Shown here: piece by piece, positions 38,369 to 47,726 of the stretch | How the letters are laid out: every line of letters begins with the position of its first letter | How positions within the stretch are numbered: the first letter of the stretch is position 1 | Source: a virus | Lineage: Duplodnaviria > Caudoviricetes | Length of the DNA stretch: 55,921 nt | Virus record (IMG/VR): IMGVR_UViG_3300034095_001732 | Span: 1-55,921 of that record | Direction: 5' to 3' (one strand) | The notes under the pieces: model-generated | The model's input: the letters and a program-made list of their open reading frames with translations, nothing else | Told to the model about the DNA's origin: nothing | Databases searched by the model: none | Translations under genes and position numbers: made by a program

Positions 38369-39682
38369 TTACCAGCTGCGGGAAGTCACGTGCGTTTGGA
38401 ACTTGGTGGGGAGAACCTCACCCATCTGGCGCTCCTGCACCTCGATGGAGTCGGCCAACTTCTGCTCGGCCATCTTCATAATCCGGTCGCCTTTGTCGAG
38501 CTGGCCGTCAGAGATCAGCCAGTCACCGAACGCCCGGTACACGCAGTACTGGAAGAAGACGGTGTAGAGCGGGATCACCGACCATTTGGAAGGTGCGGTG
38601 CTCGGGCTGTCCCCGGGGGTCGTCGCCTCGATGCACTTGTAGTAGTTGCCGTTGCCGGAGGCGTCGGTGAAGTACACCTGCGCGTCCACCGCGTAGGCCG
38701 TAGATGCTGAGTAGTCCGAGCCGGTGTACATCGGCAGGTACTTCCGGTAGTACAGGAACACCGGGTTGCAGGGCAGGACACCGTAGATGCTGCTCTGGTT
38801 GACGCCGTTGATGTACGTCGCCCAGCCGCCATTGATCATCTGGATCCCGTCCTGCGACAGCAGGTAGCCCTGCGAGCGCGGGTAGAAAGCCGCCGCGGGC
38901 GAAGCTTGATAGACGTCAAAGACCGCCTCGATCGTCTCCTCCCCCGTTTGCTGCCACGGGATGGTGAGGTCGCTGACCGGAACATTGGTCGTCTGTTGGA
39001 CGAGGCAGCCCCACGCGTACACGCCCTTGGCGGTGTCGCCCGTGTAGCTGACCGTGCTGCCGTCGGTGGACAGCTTCAGGCTGTAGGAGCCCGAGGAAGT
39101 CGCGTTGGCTGAAGCGGTGAAGCTCAACTGGCACAGGTAGAATCCGTTGGGCTGGAGCGTGATGCTCGTGCCCGTCGCGTTGACCACCGTGCCGACCGTG
39201 CCGGCCGCGATGTTGAAGAACGCGCTGTAGGTCGTGTCCCCGTCGTAGGCCACCAGCTGCACGTTGTTCCGACCATTGGGCCGAACGTAGGCGACGATGT
39301 TGTACTGCTGGGACGGGAAGAACGAGGTGACGTTCTGGTCTGCCCGGTGCTCCGAGTTGGCCGTGGTCTCCAGCAGCTTGCTAGCGGTGACCGAACCATC
39401 CAACGGATTGGCCAGTTGATTGGCTGTGATGGTTAGGCCGGTGCTCGTCCAGTAGGCCGTCTTGGCCAGATCGTTGGGGTAGGTCAGCTTGTTGCCGACG
39501 AACCGCGCCTCGCCCCGCGGGCAGATGTCAAACCACTGCGTCGCCAGCCAGACGTCCCGGATGGCGTTGTTGAAGAACTGGTTGATGGAGTCCGCAACCT
39601 CGGTCGTCAGCCGTGACGGTGGGATCCCGATCAGCTGGACAACGCTGTTCAGGAACTCCGAGTAGTTGCGGGTTCTGGCCAT
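38369..39682 (-). CDS. Head-tail adaptor (tubular protein A-like) with inserted carbohydrate-binding-like domains
   Basis: Adaptor-like N- and C-termini around NKLTYPND...W...A..L.ET and a YSASTAYAVDAQV...PSKW module. Confidence 0.65.
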   Translation of the reverse strand: MARTRNYSEFLNSVVQLIGIPPSRLTTEVADSINQFFNNAIRDVWLATQWFDICPRGEARFVGNKLTYPNDLAKTAYWTSTGLTITANQLANPLDGSVTASKLLETTANSEHRADQNVTSFFPSQQYNIVAYVRPNGRNNVQLVAYDGDTTYSAFFNIAAGTVGTVVNATGTSITLQPNGFYLCQLSFTASANATSSGSYSLKLSTDGSTVSYTGDTAKGVYAWGCLVQQTTNVPVSDLTIPWQQTGEETIEAVFDVYQASPAAAFYPRSQGYLLSQDGIQMINGGWATYINGVNQSSIYGVLPCNPVFLYYRKYLPMYTGSDYSASTAYAVDAQVYFTDASGNGNYYKCIEATTPGDSPSTAPSKWSVIPLYTVFFQYCVYRAFGDWLISDGQLDKGDRIMKMAEQKLADSIEVQERQMGEVLPTKFQTHVTSRSW

Positions 39683-40041
39683 CAGACAGGTTTCCCATTT
39701 ACGAACGTCTTACTGTGTCGGAGCCCGTTCTTCTTGGGCCGATACCCGGGAGCGCACAGCTCCGGGTTGTCGGCGAGCATGTCCCTCAGCCAGTTCTCCT
39801 CGTGGCCGAACGACTGCATCATCCGGAAGTACAGGCGGGCGTCGATCTCGGCGATCTTCTGGCCGACACCGGGGATGTGGGCCGACCCAGCCTGCTTCAT
39901 GATGCGGGCGAGCTTGGCCTGTCTCAGCCCAGCCTCGATCTTTTCCTGCGGCACGCGGCCGAGGACTTCGTTCTCAAACTCCCGGAGGAACTGCTCCGGC
40001 AGCGAGGTGATGACTTCGTTGTCGCCGACTTCTTGGGTCAT
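39682..40041 (-). CDS. Hypothetical protein of the head module
   Basis: ORF, synteny. Confidence 0.7.
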   Translation of the reverse strand: MTQEVGDNEVITSLPEQFLREFENEVLGRVPQEKIEAGLRQAKLARIMKQAGSAHIPGVGQKIAEIDARLYFRMMQSFGHEENWLRDMLADNPELCAPGYRPKKNGLRHSKTFVNGKPV

Positions 40042-40042
40042 G

Positions 40043-40079
40043 AAAGGGAAAGGGGGGAGCCGCCGTAGCGACTCCCCCC
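40043..40079 (-). terminator. Intrinsic terminator after the capsid/decoration genes
   Basis: - strand GGGGGGAGTCGC-TACG-GCGGCTCCCCCC-TTTCCCTTT (UNCG tetraloop). Confidence 0.75.
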
Positions 40080-40085
40080 AAGCAC

Positions 40086-40562
40086 TTACGGGAGCTGCGC
40101 GGCGTCCTGCAAGTTCAGATAGACGTCAACGGCGCCCGCGGTCAAGGCGCTGGGCGAGCCGCTCACGGAGTTCGTGAACAGCAGCTGCAGCGTCGCGGCG
40201 GACGTGGACGTGGACTGACTGGCATTCGCCACCACGGAACCCGCGGTGTTGATCACGCCGGCCGAGAGGACCGACGTGGCGGCGATCATAGCGCCCGTGT
40301 TCGAGGACGTGCCGACCGCGAGGGTCAAACCGCCCGTACCGGCGAAAGCCGTCCGGACGTTGGCCAGCGCGCGGTTGACGTACCACTTGGTCGGCGTGGA
40401 CCCGATCGTCACCGTGACGGTGTCGGAGGTGCCGTTAGCCGCCGCAAGGGCGATGTCCGAGGACAGGACGGTGAACTTGTGCGAGAAGCCCGTGCCCGCC
40501 TCTTCCTGAATGGAAAGGGGCGAAACGCGGTCATCGTTGATGGTGATGGTTTGGCTAGCCAT
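40086..40562 (-). CDS. Capsid decoration/minor capsid protein
   Basis: Follows the major capsid gene; beta-rich; AAGGAG SD. Confidence 0.65.
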   Translation of the reverse strand: MASQTITINDDRVSPLSIQEEAGTGFSHKFTVLSSDIALAAANGTSDTVTVTIGSTPTKWYVNRALANVRTAFAGTGGLTLAVGTSSNTGAMIAATSVLSAGVINTAGSVVANASQSTSTSAATLQLLFTNSVSGSPSALTAGAVDVYLNLQDAAQLP

Positions 40563-40586
40563 TGTAATGGTCTCCTTGGTTTAGGG

Positions 40587-41594
40587 TTAGCTGGAAGCCG
40601 CGAACTTGCCGAGACCCTTCGGGTTCTTGCAAACGAGCAGCAGCGAGGTGGAGACGAAGCCGCGACGGCCACCGCCCTGATCCTCCAACTCATCAGCGGC
40701 CATGCCGAGCATGGTGCCGAGCCCCACGAGCGCGGGGTCGATCACGTAGCCACGGGCCTTCTGCTGGTTGGTGGTGGTCGAGGGATCGGCACCGTCGAGC
40801 AGGCCGTTGAACATGTCCGGGATGATGGTGACCGTGTGGAAGTCACCGTCATAGACAGACACGTTCAGGGTCACCTTGCCCTCGGTGGCGTCCTGCATGA
40901 CCTGATAGGTCTTGGTCGTGCCGGAGGTGCCCTCAACACGCTGGAACTTCGAGACCGCCCGCTTGAGGGACGGACCGGCGAAGAGCGTGTAGTTGCGGCG
41001 ACCGCCGTTCACTTGGAAGATCGACTGGAACACGTCGTTGAACACGGACTCCGTGAGGGAGCCGGTCGCCGTGGTGTCGATGCTGGCGGACGGCGTGAGG
41101 AACGCCGAGGGCACCGGGTTGGTGCTCTGCGCGGTGGCGCGGATCCAGTTGCCCAGACCGCGGGTCTTCCACGGCACAACGCCGTTGTCGGCCTGCATGT
41201 CGTTGTCGGAGCCGATGGCCGCCTCGATGCTGCGCTTGATCTCGCGCATCGCCTTGACCTTCGAGTTCGCGACCTCGCTGGACACGCCCGCGGGATCGGA
41301 CGCCTCCTGCAGACGGGAGACCATCCACGGACGGCGGAAAGTCTGGATGTAGTTGCCGAAGCGCGCGCGGTTGGCGGCCTCGTTGTTGAACGCCTGAACG
41401 TCCTGACCTTCCAGCACACCGGAGAAGTCAACAGCCGCGAGGCTGTCGGCCTGCCAAGTCTGGAGGGCATTGGTCACCTTCGTCGTCTTGGCGAAGGTGG
41501 ACGTTTTCGGGCAATCCTCGGGTTCGAGGATGGTGAGGAAGTTCGTGAGATCTTCACGATCCCCCTGAACATTGTAGGTAGTTGCGACAGGCAT
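40587..41594 (-). CDS. Major capsid protein (DUF5309/SU10-like)
   Basis: GDREDL...WQAD.L...GNYIQTF...EIKRSIE; follows the scaffold. Confidence 0.88.
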   Translation of the reverse strand: MPVATTYNVQGDREDLTNFLTILEPEDCPKTSTFAKTTKVTNALQTWQADSLAAVDFSGVLEGQDVQAFNNEAANRARFGNYIQTFRRPWMVSRLQEASDPAGVSSEVANSKVKAMREIKRSIEAAIGSDNDMQADNGVVPWKTRGLGNWIRATAQSTNPVPSAFLTPSASIDTTATGSLTESVFNDVFQSIFQVNGGRRNYTLFAGPSLKRAVSKFQRVEGTSGTTKTYQVMQDATEGKVTLNVSVYDGDFHTVTIIPDMFNGLLDGADPSTTTNQQKARGYVIDPALVGLGTMLGMAADELEDQGGGRRGFVSTSLLLVCKNPKGLGKFAASS

Positions 41595-41599
41595 GGTAG

Positions 41600-42745
41600 T
41601 TAACGATTGGTACGAAGTTGATCACTACGCAGCAGAAGCGCCGCGGCCTCACTGGCCGTTACAGCGCCCTTCAGTTTTAGCTTTTCCCGTTGAGCATCCA
41701 GCGCATTGCGAGCCACCGAGGCGGTCGGAGTGCGCGGAGTCGTGGTGCCAGATGACACCGCCGTCTGATCCCCCGCCGGCTTGGCCGTCGGGATGGTCTT
41801 GGGCTTGGGTTTCGGAGCGGGAGCGTCCGCAGTCTTGGAAGACTTGGTCGCCGTGGTCTGCCGGGCCTTGAGTGCCTTCAGTCCCTCCACCTGCACGCCG
41901 ACAATGAAGTCAGCGTTGGGAAGATCCTGAAGCCACGGGTTGAGCCGGTAGGCTTGGACGGCGGCTTGGTAGTCCTCTGAGTTAGGATCAGCTAGGAACG
42001 GGAACATCTGAACGGCTTGTTGAGATGCCTGTGCCTTGGTGAGGAGAAAGTTCTGCCTCGCCGGGATCTGATCCTCGATCGCGATCTTGGCCTTCCGCAA
42101 CACGTCGCGAACTTGGTCGCGGGTCAGGGTTTGATCCCCCACCGTGACACCTTCGCTAATGTCGTCTCGGGCCAGTTGGTCCTCTGCCCAACGCGCCGCC
42201 TGCTTCGCCTGCTCATGATACTTCTGCAGGGAAGGGAGGTCAGTGTAGTCAGCCAAGGGCATAGTGCCCTTGGGCATCGGGGGTGGGGGGTTTGCCTTCT
42301 CGGTCTCGGCCTTTTTCAAGGTCGCTTCCAAGTTGGCCAGCCTCTCCTCCAACGCCTTGCGCTTCGCCACTTCCTCACTGACGCGTTTCTGGACCTTCTC
42401 GCGGATCCGGGTCTCCTTGTCCGAAGAAGATTTCTGGGAAGGAACGTCCTCCTTCTCCGCTTCCGCCTCGGGTTCAGGGATTTCTTCCCCTTCCGTGGCA
42501 GCCTCGGGTTGGGAGGATTCGGGTGCGGTCTCTGCTGTTTCCGCGGTTGTTTGTGTCGGTTCGGGAGCCGAGGGCTCTTCCGTGGCAGCGTCCTCCGCGG
42601 GAGGGGTTGGCGCCGGTTTGGGCTCCGCCTTTTGCGCGTTCGCAAAGAGCATCGCCGCCGCCTGCGTCAATGATACGTTGCCCGACTTGTCTCCATCACC
42701 AGTATTGGAAGCCGGTGAAGCCGCTTCAGTAGTAGTTTCGTTCAT
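41600..42745 (-). CDS. Capsid scaffolding protein
   Basis: Acidic disordered N-terminus and coiled coil; lies between portal and major capsid. Confidence 0.75.
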   Translation of the reverse strand: MNETTTEAASPASNTGDGDKSGNVSLTQAAAMLFANAQKAEPKPAPTPPAEDAATEEPSAPEPTQTTAETAETAPESSQPEAATEGEEIPEPEAEAEKEDVPSQKSSSDKETRIREKVQKRVSEEVAKRKALEERLANLEATLKKAETEKANPPPPMPKGTMPLADYTDLPSLQKYHEQAKQAARWAEDQLARDDISEGVTVGDQTLTRDQVRDVLRKAKIAIEDQIPARQNFLLTKAQASQQAVQMFPFLADPNSEDYQAAVQAYRLNPWLQDLPNADFIVGVQVEGLKALKARQTTATKSSKTADAPAPKPKPKTIPTAKPAGDQTAVSSGTTTPRTPTASVARNALDAQREKLKLKGAVTASEAAALLLRSDQLRTNR

Positions 42746-42861
42746 CACCAATCATGGCCGGTGAAGCCGCCCGTCCCTAACAAGTTCATCACCAATCAAG
42801 GCCGGTGAAGCCGCCACCTAACCAACTAACATCATCACCATTTATGGCCGGTGAAGCCGCC
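42694..42861 (-). repeat. Four ~29-bp hairpin repeats over the scaffold 5' UTR and start codon
   Basis: CATCACCA-N6-8-GCCGGTGAAGCCGC at 42694, 42743, 42787 and 42833. Confidence 0.9.
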
Positions 42862-42923
42862 AAGTCCGGACGAGGATCATCCGGTAAACATGAGCTGTGC
42901 ATGTCACCGGATTAAGTCAACGG

Positions 42924-43175
42924 TCAAATCTGTTCCCTACGCTTGTACTCGTCGTACACCGCGATGACGCCCTTCAGGGCGCGCAGTTCACCCACGAGCG
43001 CCATCATTGCCCGCTCGCTCTTGATGTTATCGTCACGACAGATGTCCTCGATGACGACTTCCCGCTGTTCACGCAGCACACTGATGAACTGCTGAAAATT
43101 GATGTTGGGCATCAACTGGGACATCGCCGAAGCGACGGCCTGCTGACGAAACTCCTCCCGCTCGCGGTTGGTCAT
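42924..43175 (-). CDS. Hypothetical protein downstream of the portal
   Basis: Typical small helical gene between portal and scaffold. Confidence 0.7.
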   Translation of the reverse strand: MTNREREEFRQQAVASAMSQLMPNINFQQFISVLREQREVVIEDICRDDNIKSERAMMALVGELRALKGVIAVYDEYKRREQI

Positions 43176-45299
43176 TTACGCTCCTAGCCGCCCGATCTGG
43201 GCATTCTGGCGTTGGGTGATCTGGAACTGCAACTGCTTGGTCAGCTTCTCGATGCGCTTGCCGAACGGATCCTGCTGGTTCTGCAGACGCTGCTGCACGA
43301 CCGGGTCGTTCTGCACGTAGCCTTGGATGACCTGCAGGCCCAGCTCGGGCGGCGTGCCGATCTTGATGTCCTGATCCTGACCGGCGTAAATCTTGGCCAG
43401 CATATCCTGCATATCAGCCACGACCTTCTCTTGGCCGATGTCCTTGGGCTGGATGATGCGCTCGGCAATCGTCGGGTCGATGGCCTCGATCATCGCCTGC
43501 AGCCACTCGCCGTAATCAACGACGCCCTCGCGGTCAGCGGTCGCCACGATCTGGGCGATCTGCTTGATCTTCTCGAAGGTCTTCTCCGTGTCCATCGCCT
43601 CGATCTGGTAATTGAGCACGAAGTCGTACTCTTCATCCTGACCGCCCTTGATGAACTGCGTGGGCTCCTGCTGGCGCAAGCCGACCACCCGGAAGTAAAC
43701 CTCCTCCGATCCGTACTGCTGGTAGAGGGACCAGATCTGCCGGTACGCCTTCGACCAGCTCGACATGAACTTGTCGGTCTCGAACTGGTTCTTCATCAGG
43801 GCGAACTGCTGGTCGCCCGTCTGTGACGCGAACCCAAGGTAACGGTTGAAGTCGTTCCTCAGCTGCTGCTCGCTCGCCTCGGTGTTGCCGTCCGGCATCG
43901 GCCGGTCGAGGAAGTGGTACTCGTTGGGCCGTCGTTCCGGGATACGCGCGCCCGCGCCCCAACGGGCGGGCGGACGCCCGACCGGATAGCCCATCGGGGG
44001 TAGGATCGCCAGCGACGCCGCATCAATACGGCTGTCTTTGTGGACCTTGATCTGATCCTGCAACGGCTTGCCTACCTCCGGGATACCGCGGCTGTCATGC
44101 AGCCGGCGGGACAGGAACTCGCGGCGATGGAGGACAAACGGGTACTGCCCGTGGGCATATCCCAGCAACCCATGCTTGGCATAGCCGGGATGGTCAGCGC
44201 CATCCGGCCCCATCAGTGGGGTGAAGACCGTCAGGTAGATACCGGGATAGCCGTCCTCATCCGAAAGACGCTGATAGGCGTACACCACGCCGATCAGGTC
44301 ATTCATCTCCTCTTGGATGTAATTGAACGACCGCGAGTGAACCCGGATGTACTCGTTGGTGGTGGGCGTAATGTACTGGCCCCGGCAACTGGCGATAGCG
44401 GCATCCACCCACTCCTGATTCCACCCCTCGGTCGCGGCGAACGAGCGCAGCTGCTCGGCCGAGAAGTACTGCACGCGGTAAATCGCGGGGGCAGTCTCCA
44501 AATCCGTAGACGAGTTGGGGATGAAAAGGTTCTCGTCGAGGTTGAACGCTCGGACTACCGGACGAGACTTTTCCTTGCCGATCACTGGCACGGTGGTGCG
44601 CCCCACCTGCTGCAGATCAGACAACATGTTGCGCGCCTTCTTGCTCGTGCAGCCGTAGATCTCCTCGAAGAGCGAGACCAGCGTGCCTGACATCACCGGG
44701 TCAGTCAGCATCACCGTCAGGTCCGCCTCGGGGAACTGCTGCTGCAGGTCGGAAAGCTGCAAGGTGAGCAGCGTTTTCTGCCGGCTTACTTCCCAGAACT
44801 GCCCAGTAGCGGCTACGCCCTTCTCGGAAAGGTAGTTGCACAGCAGCTCCACCTCCCGGTCGATCTCTGGGATCTGGGTCTGCACCAGCCACTTCATGAA
44901 GTTGCTGACAATCTTCGCCCGCTTGAGGTCGTTGCCCTCGACCGGCACCGCCACCAACTGCGCCTTGCGGAAGGCCATGCACAGCATCGCCACCTTAGCG
45001 TTGATGGCCTCGTCCGTCAGGAAAACCCGCAGATCCGACGCCCCGTCCCACGGGGTCGGGTCGATTTTGGAACCCTCACGCGCATGCTTGCGCCCGTCAG
45101 CCGACTGACCATCCCAGAGCGCGAACCGGGTGTCATAGTTCTCCCGGCACTGATCGACGTACGGCTGCAGGTTCGAGGTGCAAAGCTCGAAGTCCCGTTT
45201 TAGCGACGGGTAGTCTGGACCGGACTCGCCCTTGGGGGCTTTTTGCAGTCCGGGATCGGTCGGCGCAACGTCCGTATTGCTCCCGTCGTAGGAACTCAC
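43176..45299 (-). CDS. Portal protein
   Basis: 707 aa after TerL; PWDGASD, YPFV...R...SRGIPE. Confidence 0.85.
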   Translation of the reverse strand: MSSYDGSNTDVAPTDPGLQKAPKGESGPDYPSLKRDFELCTSNLQPYVDQCRENYDTRFALWDGQSADGRKHAREGSKIDPTPWDGASDLRVFLTDEAINAKVAMLCMAFRKAQLVAVPVEGNDLKRAKIVSNFMKWLVQTQIPEIDREVELLCNYLSEKGVAATGQFWEVSRQKTLLTLQLSDLQQQFPEADLTVMLTDPVMSGTLVSLFEEIYGCTSKKARNMLSDLQQVGRTTVPVIGKEKSRPVVRAFNLDENLFIPNSSTDLETAPAIYRVQYFSAEQLRSFAATEGWNQEWVDAAIASCRGQYITPTTNEYIRVHSRSFNYIQEEMNDLIGVVYAYQRLSDEDGYPGIYLTVFTPLMGPDGADHPGYAKHGLLGYAHGQYPFVLHRREFLSRRLHDSRGIPEVGKPLQDQIKVHKDSRIDAASLAILPPMGYPVGRPPARWGAGARIPERRPNEYHFLDRPMPDGNTEASEQQLRNDFNRYLGFASQTGDQQFALMKNQFETDKFMSSWSKAYRQIWSLYQQYGSEEVYFRVVGLRQQEPTQFIKGGQDEEYDFVLNYQIEAMDTEKTFEKIKQIAQIVATADREGVVDYGEWLQAMIEAIDPTIAERIIQPKDIGQEKVVADMQDMLAKIYAGQDQDIKIGTPPELGLQVIQGYVQNDPVVQQRLQNQQDPFGKRIEKLTKQLQFQITQRQNAQIGRLGA

Positions 45300-45330
45300 G
45301 AACAGATGCTGTGGTTGATGCTAGCCCAAG

Positions 45331-45444
45331 TCAAGGGCCCAGTAGGGGCCGGCGGCGTTGCCGCGGTTTGGCAGCTAGACGCATCGACTTCATCCAGCTG
45401 TGACGGGATACGTTCCTCGGTTTCGACTCTTTGGTGCCCTTCAT
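45331..45444 (-). CDS. Small basic peptide (37 aa)
   Basis: TGATG coupling to the TerL stop; MKGTKESKPRNVSRHSWMKSMRLAAKPRQRRRPLLGP. Confidence 0.35.
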   Translation of the reverse strand: MKGTKESKPRNVSRHSWMKSMRLAAKPRQRRRPLLGP

Positions 45445-47081
45445 CAATAAACTCCGGTGCGGTTGGTGGTATCGACGAGGTCAGTCTCGTCGTAGAACCG
45501 TGGATTTGATACGGCGATGTAGCGCAACGCGTCAATCGGATCCTTCGTCGCCTCGTCCTTGCCGCCCTTGGCGGTGTACTCCTGCATCGCGAAGATGAAG
45601 TTCTGGCACTCCTCGCTGATGAACAGGTGGGGCGCATTGACCGAGCTGATCTCCTTCTCCTCGTCGTACGCCAGTTTGTTGGAGATAAGCTGCAGCCCGT
45701 TGTCGATGTCCACCCCGGGGGCCGGGATGACCGTCATGTCCTCATCATCCAGCTGGCTGATGATGGTGACCGCCCCATCAGCGGACTGCTTCTCGGCCGC
45801 GCCGAGCCGCGGGTCGATGAACCGCTCGAAGATCACCTCGCGCCCCTCCAGATCGCGGATCAGCTCGACGTAGTCGCGGATCCCCTTGCGGCTGCCCTTC
45901 TGCGCCGGGCCCGCCTTGCCCTCGGGACCGTTGCCGGGCAGCGCCCAGTCGTCGTGATCGGGCCACTCACGGTACACCCACCACGTGTCATCCGCGTCCA
46001 CCGCCACCCAAAGCATGAACCAGTTCTTGGATCCCGCCGGGTCGATAGCCATGTAACGTGTGACCTTGTACTCTGGATTCCTCACCCAAGGCAGATCCTT
46101 CGCTGCCACCACGTTGTACTCCTTGTTGAACCCGGGGAACGCGCCCGAGATCGCCTTGGTCGGGATGCCGTGGGCACGGGCCAGCACCTCATCACGCGGC
46201 CGTCCGCGCACCTTGCGGAGGAAATCGGCGGTGTCGATGAACGGGTTGTCCTCCGTCCAGAAGTAGAAGATCGCGGCACCCGGGCGGGACAGCGACTCCT
46301 GAAAGACCGGTAGGTCGGCCTTGAGCAGGCTGGACCGCCGCTTCTCCAGCGTGCGAGTGCGGCCGAGGATGTCCTGAATGAGGGGCGTCCAGCCCGAGAG
46401 CGTGGTGAACGTGAGCACCACCCGCCCGTGGAAGTCGGTCGTGCGGTACACGAGCGTCTCGAACATCTTGGGCGGAACCTCCTCGTCGGCCCAGATCAGG
46501 TGGGCCTTGAACCCTTCCGTCACCTGCGCGTCCTGCTGGTACTGGCGGTAGTTGCCGAACCGGATCGCGCCGCCGCCCTTGGCGCCGGGCAGCGGGGGCA
46601 GAATGCACACGTTGTCGGTGAACCCGTTTTTCTGGCTGTACTGCACCGAGTGGAACGTGCCCTTCTTGGTGGGCAGGTTCTTGATGCCGACCGGCAGCCC
46701 CTCCCAGATGAATCGCTGCTGATCCTCGATCGAGCGCGTCTCGTTCACGTGGTACGCCCGCACCTCCGCGTCGGGGATCGTGGCCGCGGCCCACACGCAC
46801 AGGCGCGAGGCGAAACTGGACTTGGTGCTGCGTTGACCGCCGAGGATCACGATGATCGGGTACTTCTTCCATGCGTGCATCACGCTCCGCCAAGAAGGCA
46901 GGATCCAACCCGCGCCCACTGGGTTCTGCTCCGCCCGCAGATCTGCGTACTTCCTCGCCTCCGCATACTTTACAAGCTGGTCGTGCGGCATCTTCGCGAG
47001 GATCTCGCGGGAGTGAGGCGGAATCCACTCGATCCCGAAGTCTGGCTGGTACGAGTCGGCGAGCAGCTTTGGGTTTACCAT
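45444..47081 (-). CDS. terL: Terminase large subunit
   Basis: Walker A-like GGQRSTKS, Walker B IWADEE, TFT coupling motif, nuclease AIDP...KDPIDALRY. Confidence 0.9.
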   Translation of the reverse strand: MVNPKLLADSYQPDFGIEWIPPHSREILAKMPHDQLVKYAEARKYADLRAEQNPVGAGWILPSWRSVMHAWKKYPIIVILGGQRSTKSSFASRLCVWAAATIPDAEVRAYHVNETRSIEDQQRFIWEGLPVGIKNLPTKKGTFHSVQYSQKNGFTDNVCILPPLPGAKGGGAIRFGNYRQYQQDAQVTEGFKAHLIWADEEVPPKMFETLVYRTTDFHGRVVLTFTTLSGWTPLIQDILGRTRTLEKRRSSLLKADLPVFQESLSRPGAAIFYFWTEDNPFIDTADFLRKVRGRPRDEVLARAHGIPTKAISGAFPGFNKEYNVVAAKDLPWVRNPEYKVTRYMAIDPAGSKNWFMLWVAVDADDTWWVYREWPDHDDWALPGNGPEGKAGPAQKGSRKGIRDYVELIRDLEGREVIFERFIDPRLGAAEKQSADGAVTIISQLDDEDMTVIPAPGVDIDNGLQLISNKLAYDEEKEISSVNAPHLFISEECQNFIFAMQEYTAKGGKDEATKDPIDALRYIAVSNPRFYDETDLVDTTNRTGVY

Positions 47082-47088
47082 TCTGGTA

Positions 47089-47119
47089 TTGACGATGGGG
47101 GTTTAATCCCCACGGTCAA
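47089..47119. promoter_or_regulatory. Palindromic divergent promoter/operator
   Basis: TTGAC-GA-TGGGG-GTTTAAT-CCCCA-CG-GTCAA between the terL ATG and the RHH ATG. Confidence 0.65.
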
Positions 47120-47122
47120 GAC

Positions 47123-47281
47123 ATGGCTCGCAAGTTGCCGCTGCAGATCCGCGTTGACCCCCGGCTGGAACCGGGCTTGAAGAAGCTCGCCCGGAAGAGC
47201 CGTCGCTCCGTGACCTCGGAGGTGAACAACATCATCGAGTACTACCTGCACTACATCGCGGCGAACCAGAAACCCAACTGA
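47123..47281 (+). CDS. Arc-like ribbon-helix-helix DNA-binding protein (52 aa; absent from the ORF track)
   Basis: MARKLPLQIRVDPRLEPGLKKLARKSRRSVTSEVNNIIEYYL matches the Arc pattern (RSVNSEI). Confidence 0.75.
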   Translation: MARKLPLQIRVDPRLEPGLKKLARKSRRSVTSEVNNIIEYYLHYIAANQKPN

Positions 47282-47285
47282 TCCC

Positions 47286-47432
47286 ATGCCATTCGATTCC
47301 AAGGCGCAGATGCGCTATCTGTTCTCCAAGGAGCCCAAGGTCGCCAAGCGGTTTGCTGAGGAGATGAAGTCCTCTGGCAAGTCGATGAAGGCGCTGCCCG
47401 AGAAGGTGAAAAAGAAGAAGAGAAAGATGTGA
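47286..47432 (+). CDS. Small basic protein (48 aa)
   Basis: MPFDSKAQMRYLFSKEPKVAKRF...LPEKV, a common small phage family. Confidence 0.7.
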   Translation: MPFDSKAQMRYLFSKEPKVAKRFAEEMKSSGKSMKALPEKVKKKKRKM

Positions 47433-47435
47433 GCC

Positions 47436-47726
47436 ATGAACAAGGGAGTACGTGATTACATTCTGAAGAACGCCGGGGTTTCCGAGTACAACAACCCCAA
47501 GCGCACGCCGGGCCACCCGAAGAAGTCGCACATCGTCGTCGCCAAGGAAGGCTCGAAGGTGAAGACGATCCGCTTCGGCCAGCAGGGCGTGTCGGGCTCG
47601 CCGAAGAAGTCCGGCGAGAGCGCCTCCTACGCCGCCCGGCGAAAGTCCTTCAAGGCGCGCCACGCGAAGAACATCGCCAAGGGCAAGATGTCGGCGGCCT
47701 ACTGGGCCGACAAGGTAAAGTGGTGA
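47436..47726 (+). CDS. Small basic protein (DUF6321-like)
   Basis: KTIRFG...RRKSFKARH...SAAYWA..KW. Confidence 0.75.
   Translation: MNKGVRDYILKNAGVSEYNNPKRTPGHPKKSHIVVAKEGSKVKTIRFGQQGVSGSPKKSGESASYAARRKSFKARHAKNIAKGKMSAAYWADKVKW

Noticed and set aside
42694-42861. Mini CRISPR array
   Set aside because: The linkers are only about 15-18 nt, one copy is protein-coding, and there is no cas operon.
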